A stretch of DNA of 64,000 nt from an uncultured bacterium (GTDB taxonomy: Bacteria > Krumholzibacteriota > Krumholzibacteriia > LZORAL124-64-63), in contig CAVSZB010000003.1 in the NCBI GenBank assembly GCA_963732385.1, positions 256,001 through 320,000 on the forward strand, written 5' to 3'. A model generated the notes under the pieces. The model did not search any database. It saw only the letters and a program-made list of their open reading frames with translations, and had not been told where the DNA came from. A program made the position numbers and the translations under genes. Positions 44,599 through 58,161 of the stretch are shown here, piece by piece (position 1 is the first letter of the stretch; every line of letters begins with the position of its first letter).

Positions 44599-45606
44599 CT
44601 AGAAGTCGGCGTCCAGCACCACCCGATAGCGTGCCTTTCCCGCGTGGAGATGCGCCACCGCGTCGTTCACCCGGCTCATCGGGAAGTGCTCCGTCACCGG
44701 CGCGATGCCGTGGCGCGCGCAGAAGTCGAGCATTCTGCGCGTGGTCGCGGGGGAGCCGAGCGGGGAACCGGAGATGCTCTTCTGCCCGCCGATCAGTGTG
44801 AACGCCGGCACCGGGATCGGCGACGGCACCACGCCAACGGTGTGCAGGCGTCCCTTCGGCGCCAGCGCGGCGAGGTACTGACCCCAGTCGAGATCCACGT
44901 TCACGGTCGAGAGGATGAAGTCGAACGAGCCGGCGAGCTTCTCCAGCTCGCCCGCCTGGCGCGAGTTCACGACGTGGTGCGCGCCCATGGTGACCGCTTC
45001 GTCGCGCTTGGCGTCGTGCGACGTGAAGGCAGTCACCTCGCAGCCCCACCGGTTCAGGAACTGCAGCGCGAGGTGGCCCAGACCTCCGATGCCGATCACG
45101 CCGACGCGGTCGGTCGGCTGCACGCCGCACTGCACGATCGGATTGAACACGGTGATGCCGCCGCAGAACAGCGGGCCGGCCCTGCGCGCATCGAGGCCGG
45201 CCGGCAGACGGATCGCCCACTCCGCCCGGCAGCGCACCTTGTCGGCGAAGCCTCCGTAGCGGCCGACGATGGTCTGCTCGCCGTGGCCGCAGAGATTGTG
45301 GTCTCCGCTCATGCACTGGTCGCAGGTCAGACAGCTCCCGCTGTACCAGCCGAGGCCGACCGTATCGCCGGCTGCGACGCTCGTGACGTGCGCGCCGATT
45401 GCGGCCACCCTGCCGATGACCTCGTGCCCTGGCACGAGGGGGTAGGCGGACATGTGCCAGTCGTTGGCGAGCATCGACAGGTCCGAGTGACACAAGCCGC
45501 AGGCCTGGACGTCGATTTCGACCTGGTCCGGCCCGAGAGGACCGGGGTCGTACTCGAAGGCCCGTAGCTGATCCCCTGCCTTGTGCGCGGCATATGCCCT
45601 GATCAT
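44599..45606 (-). CDS. Zn-dependent NADPH aldehyde reductase (Ahr/YjgB-like)
   Basis: CGLCHSD, GHEVIG, PLFCGGITVFNP, GIGGLGH, GKARYRVVL. Confidence 0.93.
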   Translation of the reverse strand: MIRAYAAHKAGDQLRAFEYDPGPLGPDQVEIDVQACGLCHSDLSMLANDWHMSAYPLVPGHEVIGRVAAIGAHVTSVAAGDTVGLGWYSGSCLTCDQCMSGDHNLCGHGEQTIVGRYGGFADKVRCRAEWAIRLPAGLDARRAGPLFCGGITVFNPIVQCGVQPTDRVGVIGIGGLGHLALQFLNRWGCEVTAFTSHDAKRDEAVTMGAHHVVNSRQAGELEKLAGSFDFILSTVNVDLDWGQYLAALAPKGRLHTVGVVPSPIPVPAFTLIGGQKSISGSPLGSPATTRRMLDFCARHGIAPVTEHFPMSRVNDAVAHLHAGKARYRVVLDADF

Positions 45607-45849
45607 GAGCACTCCTTCATTGGCCGGCGACACGCCGGACCCCGGGAATCGCGGCCTGTTCCGCCGCGCGCGAAGTTTGGCACAGGGATAGGCGTGAAAG
45701 GGATTTTCCGCACCCACTCGCAGCAGGCACGTTCGCCGGGAACATTTTGGACAAAATATAACAAATAATTACGGACAAAATTCTCAAATATTCAGCTTGA
45801 CATTATTTTATAATGCGTTTAATTTCAGGCCAGCACGGACGCTGAATGT

Positions 45850-47007
45850 ATGCGGCAATATATGGAATATAACAGTGGACATTCATGGCTGGACCTTCGC
45901 GTAGACCTGAAGGTGGCCGCGCCACAGTTCTGGTTGCTGCTGGGCGAGGCGCAGGCGAGGTGTTCCCAGATCTCCGGCGCTCCACTGCGGCCTGACGCCG
46001 CGGAGGAGATTGGACGGATCCAGACGGCCAGGTTTTTGTTGGCCGGAGCGGCGATCACGGGCAACACGATCACGGACGATGAAGTTTTCCGGCATCTGGA
46101 TGGCCGGCTCGATCCTGCGCCCCCCCAGCGGCCCTTACCCACCACCCTGGTTTCTCTCCTCGCCGCCCGGACGAGTATCTTCGAGGCGGTTGCGCGGGGC
46201 GAGCCGGCCGAGGTCACCCCGGAGCTGCTGACGGCCCTGAATGGGCTCGCGCTCGCCGGCGTCACGGTCGGGGAGCCTGGAGCGCGGCGCCGGGACGACA
46301 CGCCGCCGCCGGCAGGGACCGCCGGGCCTCGCGATGCCGGGCCGCCTGCGGGCGACCTCCCCGCCGTGCTGGAGCGGCTCTGTGCGTGGCTCAATGCGCC
46401 GCGGCCCGGCCCGCCGCTTGTCGTGGCGATCATGAGGGCGTTCCTGGCTCACCTGCACGTGGCGTGGATCCGGCCCTTCGCGGACGGCAACGGCCGTACT
46501 GCCCGCCTCGTCGAATTGCATGTCCTCGCGCACGCGGGCGTGCCGTCGCCGGCCGTAACGCTGCCCCTGATCTTCCACGCCCGCGATCGGGAGGAGTACT
46601 TCCGCCAGATCGAGCGCGCCCGGCGTTCGCCGTCGGGGGCGGTCAATTTCGTGCAGCACTCGACGCTCGGATTCGTGGAGGAGCTGCGCGATCTGGAGGC
46701 GACGCTCGCCGCACGGCAGCGCGAAGCAACCTGGCGGCACCACGTCGAGGCCGCCTTCGGCGACCGCCCAGGCAAGGCGGCGCGACGCCAGAAGCAGTTG
46801 CTGCTCGATCTCGGAGCGGCCGGCGGCCCTGTGGCGACCTCGCGCGCCAGGGCGGCCGGCCCCGAAACCGCGCTCGCCTACCTTCACCTCAATGAGAAGA
46901 CCGTGCGTCGGGACCTGTCCGAACTGGCGGCCCGCGGCCTGGTCGAGCGCGTACGGGGCGGCTGGCGCGTCCGGGGCGGCAGTCTGGCCCCATGGTCCCG
47001 GGGCTGA
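45850..47007 (+). CDS. Fic-domain protein with non-canonical motif and C-terminal HTH
   Basis: AHLHVAWIRPFADGNGRTAR; EKTVRRDLSELAARGLV. Confidence 0.85.
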   Translation: MRQYMEYNSGHSWLDLRVDLKVAAPQFWLLLGEAQARCSQISGAPLRPDAAEEIGRIQTARFLLAGAAITGNTITDDEVFRHLDGRLDPAPPQRPLPTTLVSLLAARTSIFEAVARGEPAEVTPELLTALNGLALAGVTVGEPGARRRDDTPPPAGTAGPRDAGPPAGDLPAVLERLCAWLNAPRPGPPLVVAIMRAFLAHLHVAWIRPFADGNGRTARLVELHVLAHAGVPSPAVTLPLIFHARDREEYFRQIERARRSPSGAVNFVQHSTLGFVEELRDLEATLAARQREATWRHHVEAAFGDRPGKAARRQKQLLLDLGAAGGPVATSRARAAGPETALAYLHLNEKTVRRDLSELAARGLVERVRGGWRVRGGSLAPWSRG

Positions 47008-47055
47008 GCGTCTGCCGCTCAAGCCAAGTCGCAATTTGACGAATACTTCCCTGTC

Positions 47056-48363
47056 ATGGTCTCGAAACACCACATGGGGAGTGCGGGAACGTTGCGTCCA
47101 CGGGGCAGGCGCCTATTTACGCCTGTTATGGCTGAGGCGCGCGCGGCGCCGCTCGTGGCGCTGGCCGTTGCGCTGGCGGCGTTGGCCGGCGCATCCACCG
47201 CGTGGACAGCCCAGGAGCCCGCGGACAAGGATCCTGCCCTCTATTACTACCTCATCGCCGCGCCGACCGATGTGCGCGCCGTGGACCATCCGAACGACAA
47301 CGGCGGCACGATCATTGTCACCTGGACCCTCTCGGTCAATGACACCCCGGACGGCGGGATTGTCAGCGGCTATGTCGTTCGTCGGGCGCGGTCCGTGAAC
47401 GGGCCCTATGAGGACGTGGGACAGACCACCGCGCGCTCCGACCGCTACATCGATTCGTCGGCGGGAATCAGCGTCCCGTTCTTCTACCGGGTCGATGCGC
47501 TGGCGGACGGCGTTGCGAGCCCTTCCGATCCCGTGGGGCCGGTCGTCTCGAGCTACCAGTGGTTCAACTGGGATCGCCTCAACCTCGCCGTACTGAGTTT
47601 GCTGCTTTCGGGCGCCGTGCTCTGGTGGGTGGATGCGCTGAAACGGGGGCGCACCGTAACCGTCCGCCGAATTCCTGGTCTCGAGGCGATTGGCGAGGCG
47701 GTCGGGCGTGCCACGGAAATGGGTCGCCCGATCCTGTTCGTGCCGGGGCTGCAGGACATGGACGACATGCAGACGGTCGCCGCCATCACGATCCTCGGGC
47801 GGGTGGCCGCCATGACCGCGGAGTACGACGCGCACCTCGAAGTGCCGACCACGCGCTCGCTTGTCATGACCGCGGCCCGCGACGCGGTGCAGCGGGCCTG
47901 CCTGGGCGCGGGCCGTCCGGACGCCTTCAATCCGGAGTCGATCTACTACGTGACCAACGAACAGTTCGGGTACGTCGCCGCGATCAACGGCGTGATCTGC
48001 CGCGATCGTCCCGCGACCTGTCTCTACTTCGGCGCCTTCTTCGCGGAATCGCTCATCCTGTCCGAGACCGGTCGCGGCGTGGGCGCCGTGCAGATCGCGG
48101 GAACTGCGGAGACGGCGCAGGTTCCGTTCTTCCTGGCCGCGTGCGACTACGTGCTGATCGGCGAGGAGTTCTACGCCGCGTCGGCCTATCTCTCGGGCGA
48201 TCCCCGGCAGCTCGGCAGCCTGAAGGGGCAGGACACCGGCAAGGTGTTCGCGGCGGCCGCGATCGTGCTCGGCTGCCTGCTGGCGACCGCGGCCTCGCTG
48301 ACCGGTTCGCGAACTTTGGAAGCCCTGGCCGGCGCGGTGCGCGCCGTATTCCGCACGCAATAG
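47056..48363 (+). CDS. FN3-like extracytoplasmic domain + TM + DUF6754-like domain (start may be 47128)
   Basis: Signal peptide; APTDVRAVD...VTW...GYVV...FFYRV; TM; RRIPGLEAIGEAVGRATEMGRP; DYVLIGEEFYAASAYLS. Confidence 0.8.
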   Translation: MVSKHHMGSAGTLRPRGRRLFTPVMAEARAAPLVALAVALAALAGASTAWTAQEPADKDPALYYYLIAAPTDVRAVDHPNDNGGTIIVTWTLSVNDTPDGGIVSGYVVRRARSVNGPYEDVGQTTARSDRYIDSSAGISVPFFYRVDALADGVASPSDPVGPVVSSYQWFNWDRLNLAVLSLLLSGAVLWWVDALKRGRTVTVRRIPGLEAIGEAVGRATEMGRPILFVPGLQDMDDMQTVAAITILGRVAAMTAEYDAHLEVPTTRSLVMTAARDAVQRACLGAGRPDAFNPESIYYVTNEQFGYVAAINGVICRDRPATCLYFGAFFAESLILSETGRGVGAVQIAGTAETAQVPFFLAACDYVLIGEEFYAASAYLSGDPRQLGSLKGQDTGKVFAAAAIVLGCLLATAASLTGSRTLEALAGAVRAVFRTQ

Positions 48364-48372
48364 GGGGCGGAA

Positions 48373-49047
48373 ATGCAGAGAGCGGTGCCGTTCGCCATCA
48401 CCTTCGTCACGGCTTTCGTGCTGCTGTGGGCTGTCGTCGTGCCGCCGATGAACCAGATCCGCGAGGAGTTCGTGCTGTTCTTCGACATCCTGGCCGCGTT
48501 CGCCTTCCTGCTCGGCGGCGCCAGTCTGCTCGGACGTCATGGGGGCAAGATCCGCCGACGGGCGCGGGGCTGGGGCTTCTCGGCGGTCTGCCTGGGCGCG
48601 TTTCTGCTGACGCTGATCGTGGGGCTGCTGAAGGTCGGCGGGGATGGCGGTCTGGCCGGATCGGTCACCGCCGAGGGCAGCGTGCTCGGCTGGATCTACG
48701 AGTACGTGTTCGGCCCCTGCGATGCTTCGCTCATCAGCCTGCTGGCCTTCTATGTCGCCTCAGCGTCGTTCCGCGCCTTCCGCGTGCGCAATGCCGAGGC
48801 GACAGTGATGCTGATCACGGCGTTCATCGTTCTGCTGGGGAGGACGTTCCTTGGCGGCGTGGCCACGGACTGGCTGCCGGCGGAGCTGGCGCCCCTGAAG
48901 ATCCCCAGCCTGGTGCAGTGGATCATGTCGGTGCCGGTTACCGCAGGGAACCGGGCGATCATGATCGGCATCGCCCTGGGCATCATCTCCACGAGCCTGA
49001 AGGTCATGCTCGGCATCGACCGCACCTATCTCGGGGAGGATGCCTGA
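48373..49047 (+). CDS. Uncharacterised membrane protein (about 6 TM)
   Basis: SLLAFYVASASFRAFRVRN, AGNRAIMIGIALG; tightly coupled to its neighbours. Confidence 0.85.
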   Translation: MQRAVPFAITFVTAFVLLWAVVVPPMNQIREEFVLFFDILAAFAFLLGGASLLGRHGGKIRRRARGWGFSAVCLGAFLLTLIVGLLKVGGDGGLAGSVTAEGSVLGWIYEYVFGPCDASLISLLAFYVASASFRAFRVRNAEATVMLITAFIVLLGRTFLGGVATDWLPAELAPLKIPSLVQWIMSVPVTAGNRAIMIGIALGIISTSLKVMLGIDRTYLGEDA

Positions 49048-49930
49048 GATGAGATCGCGGGGGTCACCTGAAGTCGAGGGCGTGGTCGGACGCCGCGTGA
49101 TCTACGTCCTGATGCTGATGTCGGTGATCGCGCCGATGGTCTGGGGCGTCAGCTTCAGGGAGCGCCCGTCGGCCATGACACGCGACATCTTCGCCGCGAT
49201 CGAAGCGCTGCCGCCCGGATCGCGCGTTGTGTTGTCCTATGACTTCGATCCCGCCTCCGAGCCGGAGATGAAGCCGATGGGCGACGCCCTCTCGCGACAT
49301 CTCGCGCTCAAGCAGGCCCGGATCTTCTACCTGACCCTGTGGCCGCTGGGCCAGGGCGAGATCGACATGGTGACGCGGCGCGTGCTGGCGACGGAGTACC
49401 CCGAATACCGCTACGGCACGGACTACGTGAACCTCGGCTTCATGAGCGGCAACGAGGGTGTGATCTCCGTCGCCATGACTGACCTGAAGAAGGGCTTCCC
49501 CACGGACGTGCACAACGCCAGCACGAGTGCGGACGACCGGCTGCCGATCATGCGTGGCATAGACAACCTGCGCAACATGGACCTGATCGTGGATGTAGCC
49601 GCGGGCTACCCCGGGCTGCGCGAGTGGATCCAGTACGCGGCCGTGCCGGGCCAGATCCCGATCATCGGCGGTTCTTCGGCCGTGAAGTCGCCGGAGCTGT
49701 TCCCCTATGTGCCGACGCAGTGCCTGGGCATCCTCGCGGGAATCAAGGGAGCGGCGGAGTACGAACAGTTGCTGCTCGACCGTTATCCGCACTTCGACCG
49801 GCCCGATTCGCGCGTCGCCATCGAGCGCATGGGGCCGCAGACCGTGGCGCATCTTGTGGTGATGCTGCTGATCGTCGTCGGCAATGTGATCCACCTCACG
49901 CGCCGTCGCCGGGAGGGGGAGGCCGCATGA
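49040..49930 (+). CDS. Uncharacterised alpha/beta-domain protein anchored by N- and C-terminal TM helices
   Basis: YDFDPASEPEM, YGTDYVNLGF, GIKGAAEYE; overlaps both neighbours. Confidence 0.85.
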   Translation: MPEMRSRGSPEVEGVVGRRVIYVLMLMSVIAPMVWGVSFRERPSAMTRDIFAAIEALPPGSRVVLSYDFDPASEPEMKPMGDALSRHLALKQARIFYLTLWPLGQGEIDMVTRRVLATEYPEYRYGTDYVNLGFMSGNEGVISVAMTDLKKGFPTDVHNASTSADDRLPIMRGIDNLRNMDLIVDVAAGYPGLREWIQYAAVPGQIPIIGGSSAVKSPELFPYVPTQCLGILAGIKGAAEYEQLLLDRYPHFDRPDSRVAIERMGPQTVAHLVVMLLIVVGNVIHLTRRRREGEAA

Positions 49931-50706
49931 CCCGCCGCCTGGCGATCGCCATCGTTTCATTGTCACTGCTGCTGCTGGTGCTGATTCGCGCCTCCACGGG
50001 CGCGATGGCCAACCCCTTCAACGATCCGCGCGCCCTCGGCTCCTGGACGGCTGCTTTCTTCACGCTTTGCATGCTGAGTTTCCTGTACGGGGATAATCCG
50101 TTCTTCCGTTTCGCCGAGCACGTTTTCGTGGGCGTATCGGCCGCCTACTGGATGATCATGGCGTTCTGGCGGGCGATCGTGCCCAACCTGCTCGGCAACC
50201 TCGCGCCGGAAATTCCCGTGGCGATGTTCGGCATGGAACTTCCGCTCGACGTTCCGCTTACGCAGCGGCTTACTTACGTAGTGCCGCTGGCGCTGGGCCT
50301 GATGCTGCTGGCGCGCTTCCTGCCGCGCGGGCGCGTCTTCAGCACCTGGGCTCTGGCCTTCACTGTCGGCGCGACGGCCGGCCTGCGCCTGGTCGGCTAC
50401 CTGGGCACCGATTTCATGGCGCAGATCAGCAACAGCCTGCAGCCGCTGATCGTCCTGCGGGACGGCGGCTTCGATTTCGGGCGGACCTTTTCCGTGGTGA
50501 TTCTCACCGGCGGCCTGCTCTGCAGTCTGGCATATTTCTACTTCAGCCGCGAACGGCGGGGGGCACTGGGCGTGGCCAGCCGCATCGGCATCTGGGTGCT
50601 TATGGTGACGTTTGGCGCCGGGTTCGGCTTCACCGTCATGGGTCGCGTCGCCCTGCTCGTGGGCCGCATGGAATTCCTGCTGCGCGACTGGCTGAAGGTC
50701 CTCTGA
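49927..50706 (+). CDS. Uncharacterised membrane protein (about 7 TM)
   Basis: SFLYGDNPFFRFAEHVFVG, LMVTFGAGFGFTVMGR. Confidence 0.85.
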   Translation: MTRRLAIAIVSLSLLLLVLIRASTGAMANPFNDPRALGSWTAAFFTLCMLSFLYGDNPFFRFAEHVFVGVSAAYWMIMAFWRAIVPNLLGNLAPEIPVAMFGMELPLDVPLTQRLTYVVPLALGLMLLARFLPRGRVFSTWALAFTVGATAGLRLVGYLGTDFMAQISNSLQPLIVLRDGGFDFGRTFSVVILTGGLLCSLAYFYFSRERRGALGVASRIGIWVLMVTFGAGFGFTVMGRVALLVGRMEFLLRDWLKVL

Positions 50707-50768
50707 GCAGGGCTTCCGCCGGCATCAAACACGGGCATGAGAACCGGCGGCCGATTCCCACAAGTGAA

Positions 50769-50791
50769 CCGGCCCCGTAAAACGGGGCCGG
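50769..50791. terminator. Hairpin between convergent operons
   Basis: ccggccccgt-aaa-acggggccgg. Confidence 0.45.
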
Positions 50792-50944
50792 CCCGGGCGG
50801 CAAGTCGGTGGGGGTTTGGAGGGAGGATACCGACCTGGCCGCGTTTCCAATTGTTGGTCAAAGAAGAGTCATTGTCCTCCGCTGAGCAGGGGCTCCCCCG
50901 CAACTGTCTGACAATATATCCAGCACGGCATTCGAGAGCAAAGT

Positions 50945-54270
<3,326 letters not shown>

Positions 54271-54271
<1 letters not shown>

Positions 54272-55383
54272 TACTCCCTCACCACCCTGTCGCCGTCGGC
54301 GAGCGGCTCGGCTGGCGCCACGGCGAGCGTTTCGCCGCCCGCCAGCCCGGACAGCACCTCGATGCGGCCCCCCTCGGCGCGGCCGAGACGAATCCAGCGC
54401 AGGGCGACGACGCCGTCCGCGCCCAGCACGTACACTCCGCGCAACTGGCCGCGCACCACGATGGCGGCCTCCGGCACCAGTACCGCGTCACGGCGTCCGG
54501 TCGCCACGAGGACCCGGGCGAACATGCCCGACTTCAGGCGCGCGTCGGCGTTGGGCACGAATATTTCGATGTCGAAGGTGCGGCTGCCGGGGTCGGCCGC
54601 GGGGACGATCTTCAACACGGTCGCGCGGAAAGTCGCGCCGGGGAGCGACGTGACCTCGACGGTGACGCTGTCGCCGATCGCGATCGAGTTCACGTCCTTC
54701 TCGCCGACCCGCGCCACGATCTTCATGCGATCCACCTGCTCCACCGAGACCAGCGGCATGCCGGGGCTGGCCATGTCGCCCGGCTGGACCGATTTGCGGA
54801 CCACCAGCCCGGCGATGGGGGAGACGATGTCGAGGTAGCGCAGGTGGTCGGCGATCTCGTCGCGTCCGGCCTGCGCGGCGGCGAGGCCGGCCCGCGCGCG
54901 GTCGCGTCCGGTGAGCACGTCGTCAAGCTGCTGCTTCGAGACCGCCTTCTCGGCGTAGAGCTTCTCGAAGCGGGCGGCCATCTTCTCGGCGTTCGCCACC
55001 ACGGCGGTCGCTTCGGCAATCCCGGCCTCGACCTGGGCCCGCTTCGCGCGCAGGTCGGCGTCGTCGATCGTCACGAGCGGCGCGCCGGCGCGGACCGTCT
55101 GGCCCTCCTCCACGTGCACGCGGCGGACCCAGCCCATCATGCGCGTGCTGATGTCGGCGCGGGCGGCGGCGTGCACGGAGCCGGTGGCGGTCACGACGAT
55201 CGGCACCTGGGTCCGTTCGGCGGTCGCCACGGCGGCGCGCACCTCGCGGTGCGTCGGCGCGGGGGCGCGCGACTCGTGCCCACAGCCGGCGACGAGCGAG
55301 CCGAGGGCGGTCGCGGCAAGGATCAGCACGGCGGCGGCCGCGTGGCGGGTCGAGGTGGTCCGGATCGGGGTGAGGAAACTCAT
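54271..55383 (-). CDS. RND periplasmic adaptor, lipoprotein
   Basis: Lipobox VAGC; IVSPIAG, ADPGSRTF, LKSGMFAR. Confidence 0.92.
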
Positions 55384-55389
55384 GACTGT

Positions 55390-56796
55390 CTACTCCTCCC
55401 CGGCGCGCGGCACGGCGCCGGTATAGCTGAGACGGGCCAGTCCTACATTGTAGTCGTGCAGGGCCTGCACGAGATTGCCCTCCGCGCCGGTGGCGGCGGC
55501 CTGGACGTCGAGCAGGTCGATCATCGAGGCGAGCCCCTCGCGGTGCTGACTGGTGACGATGCGCAGGCCCTCGCGCGCGGCCGAGACCGCCTCGCGCGCG
55601 ACCTGCACCTTCTCGGCGGCGGCCCCGGTTTCGAGGCGGGCCTGGGTCGCCTCGACCCGCGCGCGGCGCAGGTCGAAGTCGTACATGTGCTCGGCGGCCC
55701 GCTGCTGCGCGCGGGACGTTTTCACGCGGCCCCAGTCCTCGAGGCCGGAGAAGATGTCCCAGGTGGCGTACACGCCGAGCGACCAGCTGGTGGCGTCGTT
55801 CGCGAAAAGTGTCTGTCCGTACCAGTCGCGCTGCAGGCTCAGGTTGACGTGCGGCAGCAGGGCTCCGCGTGCCACGCCGACCATGCGCGCGGCGGCCTCG
55901 GCCCGCTGGCGGCGCGCGAGCACATCGGGCCGGAACGCGACCAGGTCGGCCCCGGCCGCGCCGGTGGCCGGCGTCCGCGAGGGATCGACGAAGCCGTCGG
56001 CGGGGGCGAGCGGCAGGTCGGTGCGCAGCGCGGTGAGCAGCTTGATGTTTTCGCCCGCGATGGCGATCAGGTTGCGCACCTCGATCAGCTTCTGTTTGAC
56101 GCCGCCGAGGTAGACGCGCGCCTGCATCAGGTCGGCCTCGGTGGCCATCTCCGCCTCGACCATCGACTGCGCCTGGCGGGCATGAGCCTCGGCGGCGGCG
56201 ACCGCGTCGAGCATGACCCGCTCGTACGCTTTCGCCAGCACCAGCCCCTCGCAGGCCTGGACGGCCTGGAATTCCACGGTCTGGGCGGCGCGGCGATAGT
56301 CGTGATCGGCGGCCCGGGCCATGGCGTCGGCGGCGCGCTTGCCATACAGCGCCATGCCGCCGTTGAAGATCGGCTGCAGCAGTTGCAGGCGGGTGAGGTT
56401 GTTCTCGGCCACCCCCGGATCGTTCAGTGTCGGCGGGTAGAAGTCCGCCTCGGTTACGCTGCGCTGCTGCAGTTTGTAGCCGAAGCTGCTGAGCGCGTCG
56501 TCCGAGCGCAGGAAAAATTCCGCGGCCTGCACGCGCGGCAGGAATCCGCGCCAGGCCCCCAGGGCGTCGCCGCGGGCCGCGTCGACCATGGCCTCGCCGG
56601 CGGCGAGCATCTCATTGTGGGCCAGCGCCGCCGCCCTTACCTTTGCGAGCGTTACGTGGAGCGTGTCGTTGCGGATCGTGCCCAGATCTTCGGGCCGCGT
56701 TTCTGCGGCCCGCGACCGACCGGCCGGTGCCGCCAGCGCCAGGGCGAGGCCTAAAACCGCGGCGGTGAGGGGGAGGTTCAGCCTGGACTTCCTCAT
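55390..56796 (-). CDS. TolC-family outer-membrane efflux protein
   Basis: Signal peptide; QPIFNGG, RPDV, WDIFSG, GLASMIDLLD. Confidence 0.9.
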   Translation of the reverse strand: MRKSRLNLPLTAAVLGLALALAAPAGRSRAAETRPEDLGTIRNDTLHVTLAKVRAAALAHNEMLAAGEAMVDAARGDALGAWRGFLPRVQAAEFFLRSDDALSSFGYKLQQRSVTEADFYPPTLNDPGVAENNLTRLQLLQPIFNGGMALYGKRAADAMARAADHDYRRAAQTVEFQAVQACEGLVLAKAYERVMLDAVAAAEAHARQAQSMVEAEMATEADLMQARVYLGGVKQKLIEVRNLIAIAGENIKLLTALRTDLPLAPADGFVDPSRTPATGAAGADLVAFRPDVLARRQRAEAAARMVGVARGALLPHVNLSLQRDWYGQTLFANDATSWSLGVYATWDIFSGLEDWGRVKTSRAQQRAAEHMYDFDLRRARVEATQARLETGAAAEKVQVAREAVSAAREGLRIVTSQHREGLASMIDLLDVQAAATGAEGNLVQALHDYNVGLARLSYTGAVPRAGEE

Positions 56797-56799
56797 GGT

Positions 56800-57024
56800 T
56801 CAGCCTTTCGCCTCGACGTTCGCGCAGCGGGCCACCGTTTCGGGCACTCCGGCCCGGCGCAGGATTGTGATCAGGGGGCACCAGTCGGTGACGGCGGACT
56901 GCACCAGGTTGACCCCCACGAACGCGGTGAACCAGAGCCAGTTCGGACTGACGAAGTGGGCCAGCGCCAGGCTGACCAGCACGAATGTTCCGGCAACCAG
57001 CCGGAGGTAACGGTGCAGGGTCAT
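56800..57024 (-). CDS. DUF2892 (YgaP-like) small membrane protein
   Basis: LRLVAG...WLWFTAFVGVNLVQSAVTDWCP. Confidence 0.88.
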   Translation of the reverse strand: MTLHRYLRLVAGTFVLVSLALAHFVSPNWLWFTAFVGVNLVQSAVTDWCPLITILRRAGVPETVARCANVEAKG

Positions 57025-57067
57025 GACAATTCCCCCTTGTTCGCTATGAAATCTATCAACTGCCAAT

Positions 57068-57112
57068 ATGCTTAACCGCGAATACGATAAAACAGGCCGG
57101 AGCGGGTGTCAA
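57068..57112 (-). promoter_or_regulatory. Sigma70 promoter and candidate ArsR operator for the DUF2892-TolC-RND operon
   Basis: Minus strand TTGACA-17 bp-TATCGT, immediately followed by ATTC-N8-GCAT. Confidence 0.6.
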
Positions 57113-57198
57113 GAGAGAATTTGCCGGGAATGGCTTCGCCGGTCAATCATGTCTTATTATGTTGTTAGTGAATATGTTACGATACTGTCCGAGGGGGG

Positions 57199-58161
57199 AT
57201 GTCTGTGCGTGAGGTCCAGCGCTCGGTCCTGATCGCCAGTCCTCGTGGCTTCTGCGCCGGGGTGGAACGAGCCATAGAGGTCGTGGAGCGGTTGCTGACG
57301 CGCGAAGCGCCGCCGCTCTACGTCCGGCGCGAAATCGTGCACAACCACTCCGTCGTGGAGGACCTGCGCAAGCGCGGGGTCGTCTTCGTGGAGGAGCTCG
57401 CCGAGGTGCCCGATGGGAGTCTCGTCATCTTCAGCGCGCACGGCGTTGCCCCTGGGATTTGGCGGGACGCCGAGGCGCGCAGGCTGCGGGTGATCGACGC
57501 CACGTGTCCGTTGGTGACGAAGGTGCATCGGCAGGTGTCGCGCCACGCGAAGGCCGGTCTGTCGATCGTGCTGATCGGTCACGCGGGGCACGATGAGGTG
57601 CTCGGCACGATGGGGGAGGCGCCTGACGCCATCCACCTCGTGACGTCGGTGGCGGATGTGGGCCTGCTGGCCCTGCCGGTCGACGGTCCGGTCGCCTGCG
57701 TCACCCAGACCACCCTCGGTCTCGATGAGACGCTTGCAATCGTCGAGGCGCTCCGGCGGCGCTTTCCCGGGCTGGTTTTTCCCGACCGGGGAGACATCTG
57801 CTACGCGACGCAGAACCGGCAGGACGCGGTGAAGGATCTCGTGCGCCACGGCTGCGGATTCCTGCTCGTCGTCGGTTCGCCTAACAGCAGCAACAGCGTT
57901 CGCCTCTGCGAGGTGGCCGAACGTCTCGGCGTGCCGGCCAGCCTGATTTCCGGCCCGGCCGAATTGCCGTGGGAACAGCTCACCCTCCACCCGATCCTCG
58001 GCCTGACGGCCGGCGCCTCCGCCCCGGAACATCTCGTGCAGGCGGTGGCTTCCAGCCTGGCGGCGCGCGGCTGGGCGCCGCGGGAGATCGTGACCCTGGC
58101 GGAAGATCTTCGCTTCCGCCTGCCGCCGGAGCTGGATCCTCCGCCCGATCAGCTGAACTGA
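57199..58161 (+). CDS. ispH: 4-hydroxy-3-methylbut-2-enyl diphosphate reductase
   Basis: PRGFCAGV, EIVHN, FSAHGV, DATCPLV, GHDEV, ICYATQNRQ, SSNS, TAGASAP. Confidence 0.95.
   Translation: MSVREVQRSVLIASPRGFCAGVERAIEVVERLLTREAPPLYVRREIVHNHSVVEDLRKRGVVFVEELAEVPDGSLVIFSAHGVAPGIWRDAEARRLRVIDATCPLVTKVHRQVSRHAKAGLSIVLIGHAGHDEVLGTMGEAPDAIHLVTSVADVGLLALPVDGPVACVTQTTLGLDETLAIVEALRRRFPGLVFPDRGDICYATQNRQDAVKDLVRHGCGFLLVVGSPNSSNSVRLCEVAERLGVPASLISGPAELPWEQLTLHPILGLTAGASAPEHLVQAVASSLAARGWAPREIVTLAEDLRFRLPPELDPPPDQLN

Noticed and set aside
45798..45815. TTGACA and TATAAT upstream of the second fic as one promoter
   Set aside because: The hexamers are only 6 bp apart, so they cannot form a single sigma70 promoter
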